In this document: positions 14,265 through 27,606 of the stretch, one piece after another
Numbering within the stretch: position 1 is the stretch's first letter
Layout of the letters: every line of letters starts with the position of its first letter
DNA from: Eledone cirrhosa
Lineage: Eukaryota
Length of the DNA: 64,000 nucleotides
NCBI GenBank assembly: GCA_964016885.1
Contig: OZ024741.1
Location: forward strand, 156,240,001-156,304,000
Direction: 5' to 3'
Notes under the pieces: generated by a model
Told to the model about the DNA's origin: nothing
What the model saw: only the letters and a program-made list of their open reading frames with translations
Database searches by the model: none
Program-made: the position numbers and the translations under genes

Positions 14265-14800
14265 CCAACCTACCAAATCAAAAACAAGAGGTTAAATCCT
14301 ATGTAGGTATGGCGGAAGGTCGGTTTAAGGAACGCTTCTTAAACTATCAGTCGACCTTTGGATACTCGGAAAAACGATCGTCCACGAAACTCGCGAGCTA
14401 CGTATGGTACCTCAAAGACTCAGGCGTAGACTACTCCATCCAATGGAAATCTATCAGTAAGTCAAAGCCATACGCAAGGTGTAATCCATATTGTGGACTG
14501 TGCATTGAAGAAAGGATCAATATCCTGAGGCAATAGGGATTGCCTAAATTCAAGAAATGAGCTATTTTCACGTTGTCCACACGTCTGGAAACACCTCTTA
14601 ATTACAAATATCCAGAGTGAATAACATCAACATTCTAATATTCTGATCAACTGGAATAATTTATTCCGGACATTCGCAGTTATCTCCCTTACATCTTTCG
14701 ACCGTGGGATTATATTTACTCAGACCGAGATGATGATCCGCATAAGGTGAAACATTTGTTCTCGGTATAGTGAACTAACTCTTGTGGAACTACTTCTATA
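14265..14800 (+). mobile_element. 3' fragment of Neptune-type Penelope-like element (GIY-YIG C-terminus + 3' UTR)
   Basis: YVGMAEGRFKERF..STKLASYVWYLK..WKSI..CGLCIEER, then LNSRNELFSRCPH; HHR in the UTR. Confidence 0.85.
14724..14766 (+). ncRNA. Hammerhead motif in PLE 3' UTR (C3 mutated to A)
   Basis: accgag-ATGATGA-t-cc-gcataa-gg-t-GAAA-cattt-GTT-ctcggt; 6-bp stem I. Confidence 0.65.
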
Positions 14801-15649
14801 CACACACATACATATATATCTATATACATATCTCTATACACAGATATATATACACACACACAAACATATTCGCTCATACGCGCACATCCGCATGTATATA
14901 CACCCATGTAGACACATATGTACCCTTTAGAAGGGTGAAAATAGAAATAACAGGTACGTATTATTTACTTATCTCAGTTTGTATTGCCTTTTATGTGCGA
15001 AAGGTATTAGGTTGGAGGTAGTTTGTCATTAGGAAAACCGGATTATAGACCGTCTGAGGAGTTGCTATCCATATAGATTGAGGAAAGTTCCTGTCCTTAG
15101 GTGTCGACATACACCAAAGAAATCTGCCCTGCGGTTGCTTAAATTTATTCCGCAACTGAGTATCTCGAGGGTCTCACTCAGACAGAGGCTGCAAATGCCA
15201 GACCCGCCTCCGTCTGAGGGTACCTCCCTAAACTTTGACTAACCTAAAGAGTACGGGGTCTTGCCTAGCTTGAGCTTCCAGATCAGTTCAGACAAAGGCC
15301 GTACTTTTCCTTTTGTCGACACTATTAAAGGAGTGGCACAGATTATACCACCTGTCCTTGAAGCTCGTTGATGTTGCTCCTATGTATATATGCTCCGTGT
15401 TGCGGTTTGTAACCCTGCATCGGTAAACTAAGTTCTTCACCAGGCATTCATTTCTAAGGGGGCATAAGACGGGGTTTCTGCAGTTGCATCAAGAAGTCAT
15501 CCTCTGTACGTTTACTACCCCAATGGGTAGATTGGAGTGGTGCATCCCTATAACTTGCTCAGGATTTCTGGGCGGGTTTGTGTGACTCAAGTCAGTCCTG
15601 GGTCTACTGTTTACCCTGTGATGGCTCTGCTGGATGTCTCTAGGATCAA

Positions 15650-17070
15650 CTGTTGCCTGTCTAAATGCTCTAAGTCTATTTCTATTGATACTAGCTATTG
15701 ATACTTCCCTAGCACATAGCTAGTCTCCCGCAAAACGTATCTTTCTTAGACGAACAATATCTGACACAGAAGAAATATCCAGATAGAGTTCTTCGTTTGT
15801 GACTCTCTATTGCCAAGATATGTTGAAAGCGTGTCTCAGGAGTTTCGTGTAACATCCATTTAGTCTTTTTTCGAGGGTTTTATTAAGCGTCCATGCTTCC
15901 GACCCGTAGAGTAAAGCACTTTCAACTGTGGCTTTGAAGAACATAAGCTTTAGTCGTCCCAAGAGAGATGATGGCCATATTTTGTTAAGTTTGTTTTTGG
16001 CTGACCATGTTAAGGCTTTTCTGATGTTGATTTGTTTCTCTGTTGACGAGATCCATGCTCCGAGATATTTGAAATCAGAAACTTCTTTAATAGTTTCACC
16101 ATTTGAAGCACACAGCTGACCATGTCTATTAAATATCATAAATTAGGTATTGGTCTCATTTATTTTCAACCTTACGTTTATCGTTGCCTCTACCAGCCGA
16201 ATGAAAAGAGTTTGAGTATCTGCTATATTATTTGAAGTTAGACAGATGTCACCTGCGTAATTCGTGTCAGTGTTAATATTCTCGGGATTAAGTTGTTTCC
16301 GAGCAGTGGTTTGGTTTATAGTAAAACCTTGAACAGTACATCTCATAACGTAATATATCACTATAGTAAAAAATGTATTGAGACAGAGTATCACCCTGAA
16401 GTACTCCATTCTTAATTTCAAAGAAATCTATCTCGCCATCATCAGACATGACATTCGCCAGGTACATAAAACCAATGGCTAGAACAATTCTGTGAATTTT
16501 CAGCATCTTCTCTCGATTTATTGAATCGAAGGCCTTTTTAGAATCTATAAATGTTAAAACTGCTTAATCTATAAATGTTAAAACTGCTGGAAGGTTCTTT
16601 GACTTGACGCCCTCAACAATTCGTCTAAGCCTCAAATTTTGAGAGATTTTAGAACAACCTTCTTTGACTCGTTTTGATTAATTCTCAAGAGAAGTTCGAC
16701 ATCAAGTAGTATCCTAAGGAGCAGCTCGTCCCTGAGTGAACTAACCTTCCACATTCTCCCGGAATTTCCATTGATTCCAGTAGCCTTACCATTCGGCAGC
16801 TCCCACAAACATTCTTTGAGATCGTTTACACTAAAGTCGCCGGTATGTATGGGTAGATGTGTACTGCTGCCAACTTCGGGGTTTAACAATTCATTGTCGT
16901 CATTACCATGGGTTGCTGGAGAAAGAGGTCCCTCGAAATGCCTTCTCTAAAGACGAAGACGATCTTCAGTCGAATCATCCCCTACTATGACACGACATTT
17001 GTTTTTCCTGCCAGTCACTTCATTGCACATTTTCCAGACTTCGCCACATTTCTGGTCTTCCTGTGCAGCA
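15650..17070 (-). pseudogene. Degenerate RTE-clade LINE reverse transcriptase
   Basis: GVLQGDTLS, YAGDICL (YADD motif), FKYLGAWI and ESALLYGSEAWTL across frameshifted ORFs. Confidence 0.9.
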
Positions 17071-17186
17071 TTTTTTAAACTTAGAATATATGTATGTATA
17101 TATATATATATATATCTACAAAGTAAACTGTCTCTAATACAGTTTATTCATATACATACATTTTGTTCCCCATATGCATATAAATA

Positions 17187-17247
<61 letters not shown>

Positions 17248-18118
17248 CTTAATTTACATCTTTATAAAGTAAGTTTCTTTTAACACGTAGGCATCTCCAT
17301 GAAAGGATTAGATATATCAATAAATTAATAACCAATAATCCACTCAGAGTAGTATTAAACATATTAAATTTGGGGCAATATATAAGTCAGAATTGGTTAC
17401 TTTTAGCCAAGTTGACTTATATCCCACCCAATGTAGGATTTGAGCTTAAATTTAATATTTAATATATTTATGTATATATAAATATTTATGTATGTATGCA
17501 TGTATGTATGTATGTATGCGTGTGTATGTATGTATGTGTGTGTGTATGTATCTATGTATGCATGTATGAATGTATGTATGCATGTATGTGTCAGGTCACC
17601 ATTGGGGATTTCGATTGTTAAATTTGTTTGTTTTAATAATATTTTTACACGACTGTATGTAAAATCCCCGGCATGTGTCTTTGTATTGTCCCCTTTTCTT
17701 GTACGCCCTTCCGGCAAATAAGGAAATATATCTATCTATCTTTCTATCTATTTATGTATCTATCTATCTATCTATCTATCTATCTGTCTGTCTATCTATA
17801 GATAGTCGATCGTCGATCGGCAAGATCCCAGTGGGGTGGAACTCGTCAAATCCTACCGAGGAAACAATTGCTAATACTATCTGTTATTTGCACCTCCAGG
17901 AAGAAGGAAAAACGTGAAATTAAGTGTCTTGCTCAAGGACATAACGCATCGTCTCGTCTGTGATTTGAAATCCCAACCTCACGATTACGAAACCAATTTT
18001 CTAACCACACAGCCATCACTATCTCTCCCTCTCTCTCCTTCTCTCTCTCTCTATATATATATATATTTAAGCTCTATCCACCCCTATCTCTCTCCTCTCT
18101 CTCTCTCGCTCTCGCTCT

Positions 18119-18230
<112 letters not shown>

Positions 18231-18404
18231 GAGTTTCGCGGTAGTCTTTGGAAACATTGTGGCTATAACAATTTCAATTGTCCAAATGATGCGCAATAAA
18301 GTATTAAACGTAGTAATTTATTCAGAAATTTTACAATCTAAAATACTGTCATCAGATTTTATATTCACTAATGAGTCTGATATATATATAGTTATATATA
18401 TCTA

Positions 18405-18495
<91 letters not shown>

Positions 18496-18629
18496 AAAGT
18501 CTTATTTAAAATTGTTGGGTTACAACGAGTAAATATTTTATAACTGATATAAAGCACTCAACAAGTTTTGGAGTAGATATACGATATTAAACAAATGGAA
18601 ACTATATTTATAAAATCATATTTATTTCA

Positions 18630-18684
18630 TTATACATATTTCAGGGATACCATATTAAAAATATGGCATGCCTTCTTCAGATAA
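18630..18684 (-). ncRNA. Type I hammerhead motif (family of 25561/25741)
   Basis: Reverse complement reads ttat-CTGAAGA-aggcatgccatatt-ttt-aatatggtatccct-GAAA-tat-GTA-taa. Confidence 0.7.
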
Positions 18685-18897
18685 AATACAATATATAAAT
18701 ATTAGGTATAGGATTACCCAAGATGTAGTAATGGTTAATTACTACACTGGATATGGTTGACGTACGGTGAGAGGTTACTCTACGAGTTATGGAAGAATTG
18801 TTGAAGAAACTTAGTTCCTGATCCTTCTGTATTCCGGAGTGTATATAAAGAATGAATAATAACAGGTAGACATCATAAAAAGGTAATTTATTCCGTG

Positions 18898-19009
18898 TGC
18901 TTACAAATGTTTCCACGGTGGTACTACAGCCTAGTTATGCTACGTGCAAATTTACAAGTATTTGCAGAACTCAAATATCCAATGCTGTGACCATTGTATC
19001 CTCAGCGCA
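18898..19009 (-). ncRNA. Hammerhead with about 85-nt stem II domain
   Basis: Reverse complement reads tgcg-CTGAGGA-tacaatggt...accaccgtg-GAAA-cattt-GTA-agca. Confidence 0.55.
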
Positions 19010-19539
19010 GAATGGTAAAATGTACAATGTAAATACCCTTAAGTGGGGTTGTTGGGGAAGATAGAGTAGAAAAGGAAGAGAGAAAAGTAGGGGAGAGGGA
19101 GAGAGAGAGAATGATATGCAGGGGTTGGAGAAGTAGGAGAGAGTGGTTTGTAGATATCTTAATCAAAATGTTATGGTAGGGGTTTTATTATACTGGTTAC
19201 TTTTGGAGAGATGCGTTGATGGGTAAGGTCGGAATTATTTATTGCCCCAGAGGGCAGGTTCATAGATGTGGAGAAGGGAGGTAGGCCAAAGGCGAGAGAG
19301 AGAGAGTGTAATGGATGTAGAGAGAGAGGTAGAGAGGGGACAGACGAAGTTTATGTGGTGAGTGAACTTTGGGTTTGTAGTAGTAATCTGTGAATTGCAC
19401 TGAGTTACCCTTTATAGTGATAAGCAGTGTATTGTCTTGTAGTGTGGGGGAAGAGAAGGTGGTTAGCTAGAAAGCGATGTTATAGTTACGGGTTCGAATG
19501 TTAAGTTATTTTATAGTGGGAGAATTTAGCTTTTAGTTT

Positions 19540-20594
19540 GTGGTTGCAGTATAATGATCGTTCAATTCTATCGTTAAGTAGTTTGTTTTTGGATTTTAAT
19601 ATGTAAAAGAGTTCAAAGTTACATAACCTGCAGTACTTCAATCCACTCCGATATGCACTTGCGCTGGAAAGTATATCCCATTTTAGGTGAACTGTTGGTT
19701 GCGTTCACGGAGTTGCCAGGTCTTGTTGGCGAGCGTGGTCACAAAACGGTGATTAGGATGTTTGATTGAGAATCGATGACGGTACCAGCGAGATTTAAAC
19801 GAGGTGGTGGTAGATCCGATATAATACCATTTCTGGTCGTTCGATTCAACCGTGCATTGGTAAACAATGTTGGACTTCAGGCATTCATTCTTCAATGGAC
19901 ATCTTTCGGGTAGATGGCAGTTACATTCTTTGTTGTGGGTAGCGGGTATACCATGGATAGGTTGTGATAGCGGTACAGGTGGATTGTGTAATACCCATCT
20001 CCCATTTAGTGGTTGGGAGGCAGATATTACGTTCTGCCCATCTGTTACTAAAATGTTTTGTTTTGTAGAGTTGTTTAATTGCCTTAAGTTAAGTTTTTTT
20101 ATGTATGCTTCAAGGTTTGGTGCCGTGGAGTATGATAGTCTAATAGTTTTAGAGTTCAGAATTTTGCTGTATTTATGGGAACTAGGGAAATGTTTGTTGA
20201 TTAACTTAAAGAATGAAAGAGATAGTTTTGTACTAATCGAGGCATTAAATATAGGATTGTACCAGATATACTTTCTCCAACGTGATTTATTTTTTCTGTT
20301 ATTAGTATGTCTGGTAGTACTGTGTGTGCGCGCTTGTATTTTAATCCTCCGGTTACGTATTCCTTGATTTCGTGTAGAGCTATGTGAGTTATGGAAATTC
20401 CTATCAATGTATTCTATTGTATCCCGGTGGTCGGCCTTTCTTAATGCATTATTGTAGTATTCAGCGTGTTCACTAAAAATATCAGAGTTAGACGATAGGC
20501 GAGAGATTCTAAGAGAAATACTCCGGGGAACTGATTTGATCATGGAGAGTGGGTGGTTTGAGTTAAAGTTAATATACGTAAGGTTCCCATTCAT
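19540..20594 (-). pseudogene. PLE RT thumb + Cys linker + GIY-YIG endonuclease (truncated, stop at 19683)
   Basis: YINFNSNHP..ISRLSSN, WYNPIFN, CNC..CPL..CLKSNIVYQCTV..YIGSTTTSFKSRWYRH; continues past the stop as WDIL..CRLCNFE..LLNDRIE. Confidence 0.9.
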
Positions 20595-20650
20595 CTTGTA
20601 AGCACACGGAATAAATTACCTTTTATGATGTCTACCTGTTATTATTCATT

Positions 20651-20688
<38 letters not shown>

Positions 20689-20691
20689 CAC

Positions 20692-20787
<96 letters not shown>

Positions 20788-21020
20788 CACATTTATATAT
20801 ATATACCCACCTTTCCCTCTCCGTTGTACACTCTTGCGCAATGTGCTATGTGGAAGGTCTGCAGTCACCCGCACACGAACACACACGAACACCACACCTC
20901 TGATATTGCCTAGGGAAAAACCGCCTCTTAACAAGAATGTCGTTGCATCTCGTATATGATATATATATATACCGCATATGGATGCATCCAAGCAACCTTA
21001 CTACATATATATATATATAT

Positions 21021-21207
21021 TTATCCCGGTTTCAATTGGGGGTAACCACAGTAAGTAAGGTACTCAATACATAGCAGAGTATAAATAGTTATCATACAAA
21101 TGGCTTCTACAGGACTAGAACTGTTTCATTAGGGAGAAATCATCATCGGCGCTTTCCTCATAATTTCTCCCAAATGAAACAGTTCTAGTCATGTAGAAGT
21201 CATTTCT
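21021..21207. repeat. Short fold-back with tail, HHR family of 24213
   Basis: Tail GGTAACCACAGTAAGTAAGGTACTCAATACATAGCAGAGTATAAA is shared with 24236-24280; two inverted degenerate HHR halves. Confidence 0.85.
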
Positions 21208-21704
21208 ATATATATATATAAATATAATTTCAGCGAGATCGTATTTGTGGTCAAAAACAAAGCGAAACGCAATTTTCGAGATATGCGGCAAGCGCTCAAT
21301 GGACTAAAAGAAGACCAGAGCAATTAACATACGTTATAGAGGCAAAACAAACTGAAAACGGCGGTCATGAAGCTATCAGCCACCGAAGCCCAAAAAACGA
21401 AGCAAGCTAAGCAGGTTACACAAAAGAATTTTGTGTGTGTGTGTATGTATATATATATATATATAGAGAGAGATTATACATTGGGAAAAAGCAAATGCTG
21501 ATGATGCTTGAAGCCAGTGGTCTCCCAAGCCACATTTTGATTTAAGTGTGTGTGTATGTGTGTGTATGTGCGCGTGTGTGTGTGTGTGTGTGTTTGTCTC
21601 TGTGTGTGTCTGTAAGTGTGTGTGTATGAGTGTGTGTGTGTGTTTAAGGGTGTGTGGGGGGTTAGATTGAGCGACAGAGAGAGAGAGTGTGTGTGTGAGT
21701 GAGG

Positions 21705-21782
<78 letters not shown>

Positions 21783-22429
21783 AAGAGAGAGAGATTAGCA
21801 GATATATAATCTTAAATCATTCTTTTCAAATCACTCACTTTGTTTTGTATTCACATTCAACATCATCTCTTCCTAATTTTCCCATTGAATAAATCTATTG
21901 ATATTTATCTAATATCTTGTTCAAATTTCGAGATCATAAGTCTTTCCTGGTTATATTATCAGCACCTCTCTTACAGCTTTCAATATAAGAATTTGATTAT
22001 ATATTATAGCTCTTTACTTATTCACACAAAACCTTTATCTTCCTTGTCGCCATCTTCCGATAGAACAGTTTCCACAGTAGATTTTAGTGAAATTTATTAA
22101 TACTACTTCTAAATAATTCATGATGTTATTTTTCATTTGCTAGTGTATTATAAACCTCGGTTTCAATATCTTTGAAATTATTTCGATTTGAATTATTACT
22201 ATTGTTATTCCAAGAGAAATGAGAAAAGTTTATAACAAAAAAAAAAAAAAAATTAAAGAAAGAAACAACTCAAATGATTTATTGTTAAAGTCTTTATTCC
22301 GAGATAACAATGTTTTGAATACCTGTAATTAAATAAACCATTGTATGTAGTAAAATATATTTATCTTAGTGTGTGTCACTTTGTTATCATATTTCTAACA
22401 AAAGACACTGTCTATGCTTTTCAATTATT

Positions 22430-22845
22430 ATTATTAATAATAAAGGGCGGTGGATTGTCAGTATCGGTAGAGGGTTGGACGCCATGCTTTCCAGCATAGT
22501 TATGTCCCTTTACGATCTGAGTTCAAATCCCGCCGAGGTTGACTTTGCCTTTCATCCTTACGGGGTCGATAAAATAAAGAACCAGTAATGCACTGAGTAA
22601 TTGCTGGCCTTGTGCCTAAAGTAGAAACAATTATTAATAATAAAGGGCGGTGGATTGGCAGTATCGGTAGAGAGTCGGACACCGTGCTTTGAAGCATAGA
22701 GTTACGTCCCTTTATGATCTGAGTTCACATCCCGCCGAGGTTAACTTTGCCTTTCATCCTTACGGTGTCGATAAAATAAAGTACCAGTAATGTACTCGGT
22801 AATTTCTGGCCTTGTGCCAATAGTAGAAACAATTATTAGATAATA
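22430..22845 (+). mobile_element. Tandem pair of tRNA-head/Deu(Nin)-domain SINEs, about 199-bp period
   Basis: GAGTTCAAATCCCGCCGAGGTTGACTTTGCCTTTCATCCTTACGGGGTCGATAAAATAAAG occurs twice with minor changes. Confidence 0.85.
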
Positions 22846-23131
22846 AAGCCTTTCTAGAGCTTTTGTAATATAACATTCACATTTACAAGTTGGTGGTTGG
22901 AACGTGCCTTATCAAAGCTTCGTATATAAAATCATGATAAAAGGGTTTTAATAAATATAGACAATGTAATCCATTCGACACCGTACTAAGAATAAAGACA
23001 CTCTCTATGATTTTCAAATAATTTTGAAACATAATCAAGAATTTGGAGTAATATAATGAAATACTCTAAACATTTATTCTCTATGAATTCTTCACAAATG
23101 ATTTAAAATGAGATGTTCGATACACACGTAA

Positions 23132-23183
<52 letters not shown>

Positions 23184-24166
23184 AATGATTCGGTGGGTCA
23201 AACTGGTTATTCTCCGAGGCAAAGATGTACAGCCCAGCCAAGGGTGTAAGATTTGCTCCCTCGCTTTTCCATCTTCCTTTTTTCCCACCTCCTTATTTCC
23301 TTTTTATTCTTTTACTTGTTTGTTATTTAAGTTCATCTAAATACTTTCATCAGTATAGTTGTTCAGATAAAGTGATATAAGATGGTATTAGCAATATTTT
23401 ACAACCGGATGCCCTTCATGACGCTAATCCTTTAAGTCTCCTTTTATGACACTCGGGAATACGGTGTATCTATTCCAAATTGGATCAACACAGTGTTCAA
23501 TCATAGGAATACATTATTGATACATTCGGCATAGGAGACAGTACCGAACCCTTCCCCTACAGGTAGTATATCTTGTGAAAGATAGATAGATTACTTATAT
23601 ATGGAAGAAGATGGCATGAGCAACAATGAATACTAGTTAATATTGCAGCCTTCTATATAGGATAATAAGACACCCGAAGTACTGATATGGTTAAGAACCG
23701 CCCACGGTGGAGCTTGACAGAATTCAGACGCTCTATTACTGCATTTGGACAATAAGCTAAAATTTCAGATTCAGAATGGAAATTAAACGTTGTGTAATAC
23801 GTATTATGATAGAATCGGAATATATCAACACTCTGCTGAACTTTTGTCGGTTCCGAAGAGGAGTGTTCCAGCTGTTCGAACAACAGAGTAGCCTGTTCAT
23901 AACTACATGTGGTTTAAAGTTAGCTGACACGTTTACCATCACCGTAGTTCTCGGAGAGAGGCAGCGAGATAATGCGTATGACAAGACAGGCTCTTATAAT
24001 TATCGGTGCATCTGTTCGCTACTTGGCTGCGCTGGAACAAGCTGAAATAATGGACATTGCTCGAACATTCGGGAATTGGACTCACGACTTTACATCGCCA
24101 GCCGCAGACCCCCTACCACTAAACTACGTGTTTACTCAAATAACAGTATTAAAACTATATATATAC

Positions 24167-24214
<48 letters not shown>

Positions 24215-24297
24215 GTTATTCCGGGTTGAATCGGAGGTAACCACAGTAAGTAAGGTACTCAATACATAGCAGAGTATAAAAGTTTTAATATAGATGA

Positions 24298-24346
24298 GAT
24301 TCTACAGGACTAGAACTGTTTCATTCGTTAGAAATCATCAGGAATC
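24298..24346 (-). ncRNA. Canonical type I hammerhead ribozyme
   Basis: Reverse complement reads gattc-CTGATGA-tttctaacgaat-GAAA-cag-ttctagtc-ctg-TA-gaatc. Confidence 0.85.
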
Positions 24347-24965
24347 TGGGTATCAAAAAATAAAAATGGTATTTATAGGTCTCTACAAGTGGTAGGAGAG
24401 GGTGGGGAGTGGGATGGGTGCAGGCCATTGGTTGATTGAAAAGGGAATTCATTAAAAGCTAATTCTACAAAGCTATAGTTTATTTTTATTTATTTATGTT
24501 TTTAGAGTAACAAGGGCAGACAGAGTTCTATAAACAGGTTCCGGATGGCATACCATTCCTTGTCATTAAGTTTCTCTTAAGCTAACAGATGTCTATAAAA
24601 TCAGTGGGGGTCAGTCATGGTCGATAGAATTAAAGAAAAGGGAGATTCTTTAAAAGCTAAAAGAATCTCCCCTTTCTTTAATTCTATCGACCATGACTGA
24701 CCCCCCACTGATTTTATAGACATCTGTTAGCTTAAGAGAAACTTAATGACAAGGAATGGTATGCCATCCGGAACCTGTTTATAGAACTCTGTCTGCCCTT
24801 GTTACTCTAAAAACATAAATAAATAAAAATAAACTATAGCTTTGTAGAATTAGCTTTTAATGAATTCCCTTTTCTATCAACCAATGACCTGCACCCATCC
24901 CACTCCCCACCCTCTCCTACCACTTGTAGAGACCTATAAATACCATTTTTATTTTTTGATACCCA

Positions 24966-25014
24966 GATTCCTGATGATTTCTAATGAATGAAACAGTTCT
25001 AGTCCTGTAGAATC
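24966..25014 (+). ncRNA. Canonical type I hammerhead ribozyme
   Basis: gattc-CTGATGA-tttctaatgaat-GAAA-cag-ttctagtc-ctg-TA-gaatc; GUA cleavage triplet. Confidence 0.85.
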
Positions 25015-25371
25015 TCATCTATATTAAAACTTATATATATATATATATATATTTAATACAATAACAGAGATAGTTTAAAGCTAAACTCTGACTGGTAACC
25101 ATCTCACTCAACAAACATTAGGTTATATTAAAATATAAACCCAATTTAAGTTTTTGGGGTGCTAACAATATGTATAATGTGGAAAAACCAGTTGTATTAT
25201 TTTATGAGATATAATTAAAGTTAAAGTATATCTCTCTTTCCAAACAATTGTTTCATTATAAGTTTTCTACAAGTTTGGGAGAATGTTTCCAGTTTATGTA
25301 GAAGCCTAATATATATCCATGTAAGAATATATTTAGATGGGCACTTATAAATCTTCAGTGGAAGCCCATTA

Positions 25372-25429
<58 letters not shown>

Positions 25430-25430
<1 letters not shown>

Positions 25431-25843
25431 AAAGTTATATTTAAATTGTTGGGTTACACCTAGTAAATATTTATAACTGATATAAAAGCACTCAACAAGT
25501 ATTTGGAGTATATTTACGATATTAAATAAATGGAAACTATATTTATAAAACCATATCTATTTCATTATATATATTTCAGGGATATCATATTAACAATATG
25601 TTATGCCTTCTTCAGATAAAATACAATATAGACAGTTTTATAGATAAATAGATTTGACTGCCAAATCAACTTTTTCAAATACAAGTCGATGTTGAACGGT
25701 ATGTCAAATCTATTTATCTATAAAACTGTCTATATTGTATTTTGTCTGAAGAAAGCATAACATATTGTTAATATGATATCCCTGAAATATATATAATGAA
25801 ATAGATATGGTTTTATAAATATAGTTTCCATTTATTTAATATC

Positions 25844-25846
<3 letters not shown>
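25430..25846. repeat. Fold-back with left tail; HHRs at 25561-25620 (-) and 25741-25800 (+)
   Basis: Arms about 25516-25658 / 25703-25846; CTGAAGA..GAAA cores; same family as 18495-18700. Confidence 0.88.
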
Positions 25847-25904
<58 letters not shown>

Positions 25905-25907
<3 letters not shown>

Positions 25908-26746
25908 ATAAACGGAAAAAATGAAACGAAATTTCATTTCCCACTCTTAGTACGGCTGTTACTTAAATATAAGTATGTACACGTACATACATATATGTAT
26001 ACAGACGTACAGTAGTATGTATATATATATACATACATGCACACATATATATATGTACGTATAGATTCACCGAACATTTATTATAATGCTCGGTGTGTTT
26101 GTCAACAAACATCCCGTATTAAGCCGTAGTGTCTAGCAACCATCGTTGCTCGTTTGTTCAACACTGAGAAAGGAACGCTGTACTAGTTTCAAGCTTATTA
26201 GCTATCGTCAACAATGTATACCTTCCTGCCAGATTGTTGAACATATATACTTACCTTATGCATATTAACGGCTGAGTAGCCCTATTTGCATATCGAGTGG
26301 GTTAATCGGCCGGGTGCACTGTTACTTATATTTAAGTAACAGCCGTACTAAGAGTGGGAAATGAAATTTCGTTTCATTTTTTCAGTTTATCGTTTTCGGT
26401 GCACCCGGCCGATTAACCCACTCGATATGCAAATTGGGCTACTCAGCCGTTAATATGCATAAGGTAAGCATATACGTTCAACAATCTGGCAGGAAGGTAT
26501 ACGTTGCTGACGATAGCTAATAAGCTTGAAGCTAGTACAGCGTTCCTTTGTCAGTGTTGAACAAACGAGCAACGATGGTTGCTAGACACTACGGCTTAAT
26601 ACGGGATGTTTGTTTACAAACACACCGAGCATTATAATAAATGTTCGGTGATTCCATATGTACATGTATATATGTGTGTATGTATGTATATATATATATA
26701 CATACTACTGAACGTCTGTATACATATATGTATGTACGTGTACATA

Positions 26747-26750
<4 letters not shown>
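25905..26750. mobile_element. Two inverted, circularly permuted copies of an about 422-bp HHR monomer
   Basis: TACTTATA at 26323 and 26745 bound the + copy; the - copy starts in a different register; HHRs at about 26177-26215 (-) and 26503-26541 (+). Confidence 0.8.
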
Positions 26751-26839
<89 letters not shown>

Positions 26840-26915
26840 TATAATAATATATATATATTTACAGGTCAATATTATATACATTGTTTCATAAATGTGTGAA
26901 TATGAGATACAGAAG

Positions 26916-26958
<43 letters not shown>

Positions 26959-26960
<2 letters not shown>

Positions 26961-27315
26961 AAAGAGATGAAATCGAAAATGCAACTGGAGTCTTATTTTT
27001 TTTTTAAATATATATATTTATTTGGTTCCTTTACCGGTTTCGTAGTTCTTCTGCTTTTCAAAAGGTGAGTTGAGATGGAGGGTCTGTGGTTTTTCTCACA
27101 TCAGATGTGAGAAAAATTACAGACCCTCCATCTCAACTCACCTTTTGAAAAGCAGAAGAACTACGAAACCGGTAAAGGAACCAAATAAATATATATATTT
27201 TTAAAAAAAATAAGACTCCAGTTGCATTTTCGATTTCATCTCTTTTTTTTTATACTTTCACTCGTGTAGGACACCTCGGTTATTTTTTATTTTGTAAAAA
27301 AAACCTCACTTTCTA
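26959..27315. repeat. Fold-back (centre 27103) with right tail
   Basis: 26959-27102 is the reverse complement of 27104-27247; tail to 27315; (TA)n flanks. Confidence 0.92.
27141..27178 (+). ncRNA. Hammerhead with U3-A8 covariant core (mirror copy 27028-27065 on -)
   Basis: cctt-TTGAAAA-gcag-aagaa-ctac-GAAA-ccg-GTA-aagg. Confidence 0.7.
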
Positions 27316-27403
27316 ATATATATATATAACGTAAACTGGAGATAGCGTGAGAGCCAAAAGCGAACAACACATTAAAACACGCACACTCACACACGCATGC
27401 ACT

Positions 27404-27606
<203 letters not shown>

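Larger units (their letters stand above)
18690..20658 (-). mobile_element. 5'-truncated Neptune-type Penelope-like element with short inverted arm
   Basis: RT-thumb/GIY-YIG ORF, purine-rich 3' UTR on +, HHR; 20596-20658 is the reverse complement of about 18843-18906; (TA)n flank. Confidence 0.88.
24213..25032. repeat. About 750-bp near-perfect fold-back palindrome (24281-25032, centre about 24656) plus left tail
   Basis: Arms differ at only a few positions; (TA)n on both sides; one HHR per arm. Confidence 0.95.

Noticed and set aside
24055-24130. tRNA gene on the minus strand (also 49760-49830)
   Set aside because: Only degenerate A/B boxes with no cloverleaf; more likely SINE heads
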